Shown here: positions 8,991 through 21,826 of the stretch, piece by piece
Layout: each line of letters begins with the position of its first letter
Numbering within the stretch: the stretch's first letter is position 1
NCBI RefSeq assembly: GCF_021044425.1
Contig: NZ_JAJNEC010000005.1
Coordinates: forward strand, 2,685,291-2,717,290
DNA length: 32,000 nucleotides
Source: Niabella pedocola
Lineage (GTDB): Bacteria; Bacteroidota; Bacteroidia; Chitinophagales; Chitinophagaceae
Direction: 5' to 3'
The notes under the pieces: model-generated
What the model was told of the DNA's origin: nothing
The model's database searches: none
The model's input: only the letters and a program-made list of their open reading frames with translations
Made by a program: the position numbers and the translations under genes

Positions 8991-10520
8991 ATGAAAAAGA
9001 ACATATTCCCGGTATTGGCTTTCACGTTAGCAACAGGGCTGTTGTCCTGCAGTAAGAGCAACCTGACCCAATTGGCGCCGGACCAATTGACCACCGACAA
9101 TTATTGGATATCAAAAGATAAAGCGCTGTCAGGGCTGGCTGCCGCCTATTCACAGCTGGAAAGTTTTACCGGCTGGGATAATTATGTGGAAGCAAGATCC
9201 GTACGCGAGTTTTACCGCGAGGATTATATCGCACCCGGTGAAGATGCCTATAACTACTCCTGGTGGATGGACCATTACAATTTTTCGTTCACATCGGGCA
9301 ACTATGCCATCGATCTTTTATGGCGGGATAATTACAGGGGTTTAAACCTTACCAACCAGGTACTGGAAGGCATTGAAAGGATCCCGGCCGGCAGCATTGA
9401 CGATGCCGGTAAAAAACAGATCATTGCCGAGGCAAAATTTTTGCGAGCCTATTATCATTTTAAATTACTGACCAATTTTGATAAAATTATCCTGCGGGAT
9501 AAAGTGCCGGTATCCGAGGCCGACCTGGCCAAAGGGCTTTCCGAAAGAAAGGATGCGTATGATATGATCCTGGCCGACCTCAGCGCCGCAGTACCGGACC
9601 TGCCGTTGAAAAGCGAAAGGCCTGCTGCAGAGCAGGGCCGGATCACAAAAGGTGCGGCGCAGGCGTATATCGGTAAAGTAAACCTGTACCGGGCATCGGA
9701 AGACGCGGCCAATGCCGCTACGTATTATACCAATGCGGCCAACAGTCTGAAAACAGTGATCAATTCCAACGAGTACCAGATCGATCCGGATTTTCTTTCC
9801 ATGTTCAACGGAACCACAAAAAACGGAGTGGAGTCCATTTTCGAATTGCAGCAAACCGCCGATGCTTCCAATGGCGCCTATTACCGGTCCTTCCTCTCGG
9901 ATTGGGTGGCGGCTTCAGATCTGGGCGGCTATGGAGAGATCTATGGCACCCAGCGCCTGCTTACGGAAATGAAAAAAGAAGGTAAGGTAGCCACCGGTGG
10001 TCTGTACGATCCCCGGAGTTATGGTACGGTTTATTTTGAAGACAGCTATTTTAATGATGCCACCAATCCAAGGGTGTATGGCGACACCTATAACAATGTA
10101 TTTGGCAACGGCAAAAACATTATCGCCTTCCGGAAGTGGATCCCTCCAACGCCGGATCGCATTGGCCGTTCCAATGCCATCAATGTACCGCTGATGCGTT
10201 ACGCGGATGTGATGCTGCTTTATGCAGAGGCCCTGAACGAAAGCGGCAAACCGGCGGAGGCGGTACCCGTAATCAATAGTTTAAGAAAGCAGCGCAGCAA
10301 TATGCCGGCGTTAAATATCAGCAGTAAACAGGAGGTATTCAATGCGATCGTACACGAGCGGGTGATGGAGTTTACGCTGGAGAGCAGCCGGTTTTACGAT
10401 TTGAGAAGATGGGGGCTGTTAGCGAAAAATATGCAGGAAGCCGGCCGCACCTTCAGTGCAGATAAAGCGTATTACCCGCTTCCGTTAAAAGAAACATTGA
10501 ATAATCCGCAAACAAAATAA
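8991..10520 (+). CDS. SusD/RagB-family outer-membrane lipoprotein (glycan-binding partner of the SusC)
   Basis: The ORF is 509 aa with a lipobox (ATGLLSC-SKSN). SusD-type TPR-like helices are present (AEAKFLRAYYHFKLLTNFDKIIL, YADVMLLYAEALNE, ERVMEFTLESSRFYDLRRWG). It starts 45 nt after the SusC stop. Confidence 0.9.
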   Translation: MKKNIFPVLAFTLATGLLSCSKSNLTQLAPDQLTTDNYWISKDKALSGLAAAYSQLESFTGWDNYVEARSVREFYREDYIAPGEDAYNYSWWMDHYNFSFTSGNYAIDLLWRDNYRGLNLTNQVLEGIERIPAGSIDDAGKKQIIAEAKFLRAYYHFKLLTNFDKIILRDKVPVSEADLAKGLSERKDAYDMILADLSAAVPDLPLKSERPAAEQGRITKGAAQAYIGKVNLYRASEDAANAATYYTNAANSLKTVINSNEYQIDPDFLSMFNGTTKNGVESIFELQQTADASNGAYYRSFLSDWVAASDLGGYGEIYGTQRLLTEMKKEGKVATGGLYDPRSYGTVYFEDSYFNDATNPRVYGDTYNNVFGNGKNIIAFRKWIPPTPDRIGRSNAINVPLMRYADVMLLYAEALNESGKPAEAVPVINSLRKQRSNMPALNISSKQEVFNAIVHERVMEFTLESSRFYDLRRWGLLAKNMQEAGRTFSADKAYYPLPLKETLNNPQTK

Positions 10521-10548
10521 AGACGCGCCTTAATCATCTTAGATTTTA

Positions 10549-15797
<5,249 letters not shown>

Positions 15798-15799
15798 TT

Positions 15800-18109
15800 A
15801 TGTCACTTCATCCGGAAACCGTACAACAAATAGCAAAAAACCATTACCAGCTGGACGCCGTAGCCACCGTTTTAAACGGCTATGAGGAGCAAAATTTTTT
15901 ATTGCAAACAGCCGGTGGCGGGCAGTATATTTTCAAAGCAGCCCCGGGCAATGTCAATCCGGCATTTATCCAGGCACAGGTAACGGTTTTGCAACAACTG
16001 GCCCAAACGCCCGTAAGGGACTACTTTCAGCATTGCCTGCTCAACGGGGAAGGCGCCGCCGTTACCTTTTATGCCCAGGGTGACGCAGGGTATTATGTGC
16101 GCATATTGAGTTTCCTGGAGGGGCATTTCTGGGTGGAGGAAAAGGAAAAATCGCCGGCACTTTATGAAAGCCTGGGACGCTTCCTGGGCGCAATGGATCG
16201 GGCGCTTGAAGGGCAATATTATACGGCGGCTGAGCGTACCTACGAATGGGATATCAGCCGGGCGGCCGACGCTGAAAAAAACCTGCATCATATTCATGAT
16301 CCCGAAAAAAGAAGGATAGCCGCTTATTTCCTGCTGCAGTTTCAGACGGAAGTAGCACCGCAGCTTTCATCGTTAAGAAAAGCCTGCATCCATAACGATG
16401 CCAATGATTATAACGTTCTGATACAGGATGGGCGGGTAAGCGGGCTGATCGACTTTGGGGATATGGTTTGGTCGGCTCTGATCAATAACCTGGCGGTGGC
16501 CTGCACCTACGCTATGTTGCATACGGATGATCCTGTTGCCGTAGCGGCACCTATTGTAAAGGCCTATCATCGGCAGTGCCCCTTAACGCCGGCAGAAACA
16601 GATCTGATCTATTACCTGGTGGCGGCAAGGCTTTGCATCAGTGTAACACAATCGGCAGAGAAGGCATCGCACCACAGTGATAATACGCATCATTTTTTAA
16701 CCGAGCAGCCCGCATGGACATTGTTATTTCAACTGCTGCAAACCAACCCCATAAAGGCTGCTGATGCGTTCCGGAACGCCTGTGGGTTTAACCCGCTGAT
16801 TGATGCAAACGATGATTATGCCGCTTTATTATCCGGGCGGAAAGCCCATATAGGCCGCAACCTCAGCATCAGCTATAAAAAACCATTGAAAATTATAAAA
16901 GGTGCCTTGCAGTACCTGTATGATGACAAGGGGCATACCTTTATCGACTGCGTAAACAATGTAAGTCATGTTGGACATTGTCACCCGGTAGTGGTAAAAG
17001 CCATGCAGCGGCAGATCGCCACGCTCAATACCAATACCCGTTATCTCAATGATGCGATGATGGACTATGCAAAGGCACTTACGGCAAAACTGCCTTCCCG
17101 GCTTTCGGTTTGTTATTTTACCAATTCGGGCAGTGAGGCCAATGACCTGGCGATACGAATGGCCCGGCACTTTACCGGCAATAAGGATGTGATCGTGCTG
17201 GATCATGCCTATCATGGTACGTCGACCCTGGCTATTGAAATGAGTCCCTACAAATTTGACGGCAAGGGTGGCGGCGGACAGCAACCCTATATTCATAAAG
17301 CCGTATCACCGGATCTGTACCGCGGTGCCTGGCAATACGGGGATGCCGATGCCGGTGAAAAATATGCAGCAGCGATTCTGAAGCTGCTGCATGAACTGAA
17401 ACAGGAACATAAAGGCCCTGCAGCGTTTATTTGTGAAACCTTACTGGGTGTAGGTGGACAGATTCCCCTGCCGGAGGGGTACCTGGAGAACGTATATGCG
17501 CATATCCGTGCCTTTGGAGGGCTGTGTATTGCAGATGAAGTACAGGTAGGCTTCGGGCGGGTAGGGGATGCGTTCTGGGGCTTTGAATTACAGGGGGTGG
17601 AACCCGATATGGTGGTATTGGGCAAACCGATTGGTAACGGACATCCGTTGGCCGCCGTAGTGGTAACGGAGGCCATTGCAGATGCATTTAATAACGGCAT
17701 GGAGTATTTTAATACCTATGGGGGCAACCCGGTGTCGATGGTTACGGGCCAGGCGGTATTGAAAGTGATTGAGGAAGAGGCGATGCAGCAGCATGCGCAG
17801 CAGGTGGGTGCCGTGCTGTTAGAAGAACTGAAGGCCCTGATGGATAAATATGAGATCATTGGGGATGTGCGGGGGCATGGACTGTTTGTGGGGGCCGAGT
17901 TTGTAAAAAGCCGCTCTACCAGGGAGCCCGCGGTAACAGAGATCAACCACGTGGTGGAGCAAATGAAAGAGCGCGGGTTTTTGCTCAGCACCGACGGGCC
18001 TTTATACAATGTGCTAAAAATAAAACCGCCGTTGGTATTCAGCGAGCAGAACGCAAGAGACATGGTAGCAGCGCTGGATGCAGTGTTGCGGGCGGAAGCG
18101 TTTGGATAG
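15800..18109 (+). CDS. Bifunctional fusion: N-terminal APH-fold kinase resembling hydroxylysine kinase (HYKK/AGPHD1) + C-terminal class-III PLP enzyme resembling AGXT2L-type phospho-lyases (PHYKPL/ETNPPL)
   Basis: The ORF is 769 aa with no signal peptide and starts 2 nt after the GH63-like stop. The kinase half has [16 protein letters not shown], the Brenner motif [12 protein letters not shown] (His at 16391-16393, Asp at 16397-16399) and LIDFGDM (16448-16468). The PLP half has [35 protein letters not shown] and [22 protein letters not shown], with the Schiff-base Lys at 17624-17626. That last motif closely matches the human ETNPPL/PHYKPL motif DIVTMGKPMGNGHP as I recall it. Confidence 0.85.
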   Translation: MSLHPETVQQIAKNHYQLDAVATVLNGYEEQNFLLQTAGGGQYIFKAAPGNVNPAFIQAQVTVLQQLAQTPVRDYFQHCLLNGEGAAVTFYAQGDAGYYVRILSFLEGHFWVEEKEKSPALYESLGRFLGAMDRALEGQYYTAAERTYEWDISRAADAEKNLHHIHDPEKRRIAAYFLLQFQTEVAPQLSSLRKACIHNDANDYNVLIQDGRVSGLIDFGDMVWSALINNLAVACTYAMLHTDDPVAVAAPIVKAYHRQCPLTPAETDLIYYLVAARLCISVTQSAEKASHHSDNTHHFLTEQPAWTLLFQLLQTNPIKAADAFRNACGFNPLIDANDDYAALLSGRKAHIGRNLSISYKKPLKIIKGALQYLYDDKGHTFIDCVNNVSHVGHCHPVVVKAMQRQIATLNTNTRYLNDAMMDYAKALTAKLPSRLSVCYFTNSGSEANDLAIRMARHFTGNKDVIVLDHAYHGTSTLAIEMSPYKFDGKGGGGQQPYIHKAVSPDLYRGAWQYGDADAGEKYAAAILKLLHELKQEHKGPAAFICETLLGVGGQIPLPEGYLENVYAHIRAFGGLCIADEVQVGFGRVGDAFWGFELQGVEPDMVVLGKPIGNGHPLAAVVVTEAIADAFNNGMEYFNTYGGNPVSMVTGQAVLKVIEEEAMQQHAQQVGAVLLEELKALMDKYEIIGDVRGHGLFVGAEFVKSRSTREPAVTEINHVVEQMKERGFLLSTDGPLYNVLKIKPPLVFSEQNARDMVAALDAVLRAEAFG

Positions 18110-18183
18110 TTCCCGCTCATCATCGCAGACCTGCGAGATCATACCTGAAATATTACACAACTATTTTTAAAACCAGTTCATAA

Positions 18184-19071
18184 ATGTTAAACAGTATACT
18201 AAATGGATTAATGGTACGCTACAGGGAGCGCGTACCGGATGTAGGTGCCATCCTCGATGCCATGATCACTGAAGGCATCATTCAGCGCGCGGATGCTATT
18301 GAAAACGATCATATCGCCTTTCGCACCATGGGGGTTGAAAAGCTGGGTATCCAATCGCTGGAGCGGGTATTTTTACATTATGGCTATCAGAAAAAGGAAC
18401 ACCTGTTCTTTAAGGAGAAAAAACTGGATGCCTATTGGTATGCACCTCCGGAAGCGCATTATCCACGCATTTTTATCAGTGAACTCCGGGTGGGTGACCT
18501 CAGTGCCAATGCGCAGCGGATCATCCGCAGCTATACGGATGAGGTGAAAGCCGATCCTGTTGCGGAGCTTGATCTGAACGATGCGGTTGCCGTAGACCAT
18601 TACCTGCACAGCGGGCGCTGGCGTACGCCTACACTGGAAGATTATAATGCCTTGCTTGCAGAAACGGAGTATGCGGCCTGGGTTATTTTCAATCATTATT
18701 ACCTGAATCATTTTACAGTAAGTGTACACAATCTTCCGGCTGGATTCAATACCCTGGAGACGTTTAATGCATTCCTTAAACGTAGAGGATTTAAGCTGAA
18801 TACGGCCGGCGGCGAGATCAAAAAGAGTCCCGACGGGAAGTTGCTGCAAAGTGCCACTGTGGCGGAAATGATTGAAGCCACTTTTGCCAATGGTGAAAAA
18901 AAGCAGATCGCCGGCTCCTATGTAGAGTTTGCCGAACGGAAAGTGCTGGATCAGTTTGCACACCTGCCTCCGGAGCAGGTGCGTCGCGAACACCGCCGCG
19001 AGGGTTTTGAAACCGGCAATGCCGACAAGATTTTTGAAAGTACGTATACCTCGCAGACGAAGGGCAGCTGA
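18184..19071 (+). CDS. hglS: DUF1338 / HglS-family protein (2-oxoadipate dioxygenase/decarboxylase-like, VOC-fold Fe(II) enzyme)
   Basis: The ORF is 295 aa. It has the N-terminal DHIAFRT motif (metal-ligand His at 18310-18312), YLNHFTVSV and the C-terminal SYVEFAERK, which are characteristic of DUF1338 as I recall the family profile. It is shorter than the ~450-aa YdcJ/HglS forms and comparable to the short DUF1338 subgroup. It is adjacent to an aminoadipate-semialdehyde dehydrogenase, as in the Pseudomonas putida lysine catabolic region. Confidence 0.7.
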   Translation: MLNSILNGLMVRYRERVPDVGAILDAMITEGIIQRADAIENDHIAFRTMGVEKLGIQSLERVFLHYGYQKKEHLFFKEKKLDAYWYAPPEAHYPRIFISELRVGDLSANAQRIIRSYTDEVKADPVAELDLNDAVAVDHYLHSGRWRTPTLEDYNALLAETEYAAWVIFNHYYLNHFTVSVHNLPAGFNTLETFNAFLKRRGFKLNTAGGEIKKSPDGKLLQSATVAEMIEATFANGEKKQIAGSYVEFAERKVLDQFAHLPPEQVRREHRREGFETGNADKIFESTYTSQTKGS

Positions 19072-19290
19072 ACGGTGGTTTAACCGCGGGGAACGCGGGG
19101 TTCGCAAGTTACTTATCAGGCTGCTCCATTGCGTACGTTGCGTTAAAAACTTTAAACCGCAGAAATGCAAAATTTCAGCGCTTCTGTGTCAATAGTTAAC
19201 CGGGAAGATTGCAGGCGTATGTATCGCAGTGTTCTTTCCGGATTTTCATTGCAACTCTTTTTACGGTAAAACAAAAAATAATTCCAAATC

Positions 19291-20820
19291 ATGATCAACG
19301 ATATCTTAAATACATTTTCAATCAGCGAACAAAATCCCGGAGCCTCCGATGGGGTTCAATTCATCTCCACCTCCGGTGCAGGCATCAATTCCTGGTCGCC
19401 GGTGGATGGCCATAAAATAGCCGGTGTACAAACCGTAACCAAAGCGGAATATGACCAGGTGATCACTAAGGCACAAGCCGCATTCCGCTACTGGCGAACG
19501 GTTCCGGCGCCTGCACGTGGCGAGATCGTGCGCCAGATCGGCGAAGCATTACGGGTACATAAGGATGCTCTTGGAAAGCTGGTTTCCTATGAAATGGGCA
19601 AAAGCCTGCAGGAAGGCCGGGGCGAAGTACAGGAGATGATCGATATCTGCGACTTCGCCGTGGGCCTGTCGCGCCAGTTATACGGGCTCACCATGCATTC
19701 GGAGCGGCCGGCTCACCGGATGTATGAGCAATGGCATCCATTAGGTATAGTAGGCATCATTTCGGCGTTCAATTTTCCTGTAGCGGTATGGAGCTGGAAT
19801 GCCATGATTGCCCTGGTTTGCGGAGATGTATGTGTATGGAAGCCGTCGGAAAAAACACCGTTATCGGCGCTGGCCTGTTTCCGGATCCTTACGGAAGTAT
19901 TTAACAAAAACCAGTTGCCGGAGGGGCTTTGCAGCCTGGTACAGGGCGGTAAGGATCTGGGTGAATGGATGGCGGAAGACCCGCGCGTGGCCCTGGTTTC
20001 GGCCACCGGATCTACCCGCATGGGTAAGGCGGTGAATATTACCGTGGCGGCACGGCTGGGCAAATGCCTGCTGGAACTGGGCGGTAATAATGCCATTATT
20101 GTTTCGGGCGATGCTGATCTGGATATGACCCTGATGGGGGTGGTATTTGGTGCGGTAGGCACGGCCGGGCAACGGTGTACCACCACCCGCAGGCTGATCA
20201 TTCACGAAAGTGTTTTTGGCCAGCTCACAGAGAAATTGAAAAATGCATATGCGCAACTAAGGATCGGCGATCCTTTAGATGCCAGAAATCATGTAGGGCC
20301 GTTGATTGATAAAGATGCCGTTGCGCAGTATCTGCAGGCGCTGGATGCGATCCAAAACGAAGGGGGGACTTTTATCGTGGAAGGCGGCGTCCTGGAAGGA
20401 GCGGAGTACGCTTCGGGGTGTTATGTAAAGCCCTGCATTGCAGTTGTAGAAAACCATTTTGCGATCGTGCAAACCGAAACCTTTGCCCCCATCCTGTATG
20501 TGATGCAATACCGGGATATGGAAGAGGCCATTGCAATGCAGAACGATGTGCCGCAGGGATTATCTTCCGCTATCATGACCCTGAACCTGCGGGAAGCCGA
20601 ATTATTCCTTTCTGTCGCGGGTTCGGATTGTGGTATCGCCAATGTGAATATCGGTACTTCCGGTGCGGAGATCGGCGGGGCATTTGGCGGGGAAAAAGAA
20701 ACCGGTGGCGGCCGCGAAAGTGGCTCCGATGCCTGGAAAGCCTATATGCGCCGTCAAACCAATACGATCAATTACGGGAAAGAGCTGCCGCTGGCACAGG
20801 GGATCGCATTCAATATCTGA
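19291..20820 (+). CDS. amaB: ALDH7A1 (antiquitin)-type L-2-aminoadipate-6-semialdehyde / piperideine-6-carboxylate dehydrogenase
   Basis: The ORF is 509 aa and is nearly collinear with human ALDH7A1 motifs. These include GEIVRQIGEALR, GEVQEMIDICDFAVGLSR, FNFPVAVWSWNA, CLLELGGNNAIIV and GTAGQRCTTTRRLIIHESV (catalytic Cys at 20176-20178). TETFAPILYV and SDCGIANVNIGTSGAEIGGAFGGEKETGGGRESGSDAWKAYMRRQTNTINYGKELPLAQGI also match. Confidence 0.95.
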   Translation: MINDILNTFSISEQNPGASDGVQFISTSGAGINSWSPVDGHKIAGVQTVTKAEYDQVITKAQAAFRYWRTVPAPARGEIVRQIGEALRVHKDALGKLVSYEMGKSLQEGRGEVQEMIDICDFAVGLSRQLYGLTMHSERPAHRMYEQWHPLGIVGIISAFNFPVAVWSWNAMIALVCGDVCVWKPSEKTPLSALACFRILTEVFNKNQLPEGLCSLVQGGKDLGEWMAEDPRVALVSATGSTRMGKAVNITVAARLGKCLLELGGNNAIIVSGDADLDMTLMGVVFGAVGTAGQRCTTTRRLIIHESVFGQLTEKLKNAYAQLRIGDPLDARNHVGPLIDKDAVAQYLQALDAIQNEGGTFIVEGGVLEGAEYASGCYVKPCIAVVENHFAIVQTETFAPILYVMQYRDMEEAIAMQNDVPQGLSSAIMTLNLREAELFLSVAGSDCGIANVNIGTSGAEIGGAFGGEKETGGGRESGSDAWKAYMRRQTNTINYGKELPLAQGIAFNI

Positions 20821-20969
20821 CAGGATCACCGAATGTCAACCTGTTCCGATGAGGCGGAATATTTCCGGAGCACTTCCTGTTTCAGGATCCGCTTCATCGT
20901 TAAACCGGGATGATGTCTTTACGGATAGGATTATAGAAAAAGGCAGGGCATTATCGCCGGCTGGCAGCA

Positions 20970-21695
20970 CTATGCATCTTTTGCTGCTGCTGAAGGACCA
21001 GCATCCAGACTAAGCCGTATAAAGTGGTTCTCCAGGTGGTTGCGCATTCCGTTCCGGAATTCTTCCGGTGTTCCATTTTCCAGAATGCCGATCAGTTGCT
21101 TGTGGGAAACAAATTTTTTGGGATTCAGTACTGGCGCCAGTAAAGAGCTTTTTTCGACATAATCGAAGACGGGCAGCAGCAATTTCTGAAATTTCATCAG
21201 GGTTTCATTATGGCTGATCTGGTAAAGCTTTCCGTGAAAGGCGATTTCATAAGAGGCCTCAAACATCCGGTTACGGGCGGCGGCGGGCTCGTTCTTTACG
21301 ATCTGCTTCAATTCTTTAATATCTTCTGCAGTAATGTGCCTGAAGAGCAGATCGGCCATCCCGATTTCCAGTACCAGCCGTATCTCAAAAATCTCCTTTA
21401 ATGTATCATTACTAAGAATATAGGGGTTCATGCTTTTGGCCAGGGTTCCAAAAATATCGGGACTGGTGATCACGGCGCCCTTTTTCTTACGGCTTTCGAT
21501 AAGCCCCATCAAGCGGAGCCGCATAAGGGCTTCCCGGATTACCGTGCGGCTTACGCCGAGTGCGGTGGAAAGCTCCAGCTCCTTCGGAATGCTATCCCCT
21601 ACCTTCAGCTTGTGTTGATGCAATAATTCAATGAGGTTAGCTTCCACCTTGTCCACGAGGCTTCTGTTTTCTATTGCTTTGAATATACGTTCCAT
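20970..21695 (-). CDS. GntR-family (FadR subfamily, FCD C-terminal domain) transcriptional regulator, probable regulator of the adjacent sialic-acid locus
   Basis: The ORF-track start at 21800 adds 35 aa encoded by AT-rich promoter-like DNA. The ATG at 21693-21695 (MERIFKAIENRSLVDKV...) gives a typical 241-aa FadR-like protein. Its winged HTH is GDSIPKELELSTALGVSRTVIREALMRLRLMGLIESRKKKG, followed by an all-helical FCD-like C-terminus. It is divergent from the SusC gene. Confidence 0.85.
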   Translation of the reverse strand: MERIFKAIENRSLVDKVEANLIELLHQHKLKVGDSIPKELELSTALGVSRTVIREALMRLRLMGLIESRKKKGAVITSPDIFGTLAKSMNPYILSNDTLKEIFEIRLVLEIGMADLLFRHITAEDIKELKQIVKNEPAAARNRMFEASYEIAFHGKLYQISHNETLMKFQKLLLPVFDYVEKSSLLAPVLNPKKFVSHKQLIGILENGTPEEFRNGMRNHLENHFIRLSLDAGPSAAAKDA

Positions 21696-21786
21696 TGTAA
21701 TAATAATGCCGTAAAGTAATTTATTTACACGGATACCAGGAAAATTTTTTAAAAAATTTGGAAATCTAAAATTTGTTCCTAATTTT

Positions 21787-21803
21787 ATTATGTTATACAT
21801 AAT
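21787..21803. promoter_or_regulatory. Perfect 7-3-7 palindrome ATTATGT-TAT-ACATAAT, a candidate GntR-type operator in the divergent promoter region
   Basis: Read directly from the sequence, ATTATGT (21787-21793) is the reverse complement of ACATAAT (21797-21803). The core TGT-N3-ACA fits the general GntR/FadR operator pattern. The site lies 24 nt upstream of the SusC ATG (21827) and 92 nt upstream of the regulator ATG (21695). Confidence 0.4.
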
Positions 21804-21826
21804 GCTAAAACGATAAATTGTTTGTT

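Noticed and set aside
15800-16800. The APH-fold domain could be read as an aminoglycoside-resistance phosphotransferase.
   Set aside because: It is fused to a PLP phospho-lyase-like domain, and its motifs ([35 protein letters not shown]) resemble hydroxylysine kinase rather than resistance APH enzymes. The context is catabolic. An ethanolamine-kinase/phosphoethanolamine-lyase reading remains a formal alternative, but the adjacent aminoadipate-branch genes disfavour it.
19084-19098. A short GC hairpin, CCGCG-GGGAA-CGCGG, just after the HglS stop, considered as a possible terminator.
   Set aside because: It has only a 5-bp stem and no following T-run. That is too weak to call, so the 219-nt gap before the dehydrogenase gene remains unexplained.
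18373-19170. A 265-aa ORF on the minus strand, antisense to the DUF1338/HglS gene. Similar long antisense ORFs occur at 1-432, 4839-5312, 17293-17700, 17716-18123, 19713-20201 and 19861-20256.
   Set aside because: All lie entirely opposite ORFs with strong family-level motifs. Their translations are low-complexity (Ser/Arg/Pro/Cys-rich) with no recognisable motifs. They look like typical shadow ORFs in GC-balanced coding DNA.
20844-20867. Alternating TTCCG / CGGAA / TTCCG segments in the convergent gap between the dehydrogenase and GntR genes, which could form two mutually exclusive hairpins.
   Set aside because: The stems are only 5 bp, there is no U-tract, and no leader-peptide or riboswitch-like context is present. 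This is compatible with chance.
21741-21759. A near-perfect A/T palindrome, AAAATTTTTTAAAAAATTT, in the divergent nan promoter region.
   Set aside because: It is a pure A/T homopolymer-run palindrome, which is expected by chance in AT-rich promoter DNA. It is more likely intrinsic curvature or an UP-like element than a specific operator. The 21787-21803 palindrome is a better candidate.
21696-21826. A 35-aa N-terminal extension of the GntR regulator (start at 21800) and the TTG start of SusC at 21818.
   Set aside because: The extension is encoded by AT-rich promoter-like DNA, is not part of the FadR-family fold, and overlaps the palindrome. The internal ATG at 21695 gives a standard-length protein. 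For SusC the ATG at 21827 follows the TTG by 3 codons and begins a normal signal peptide.
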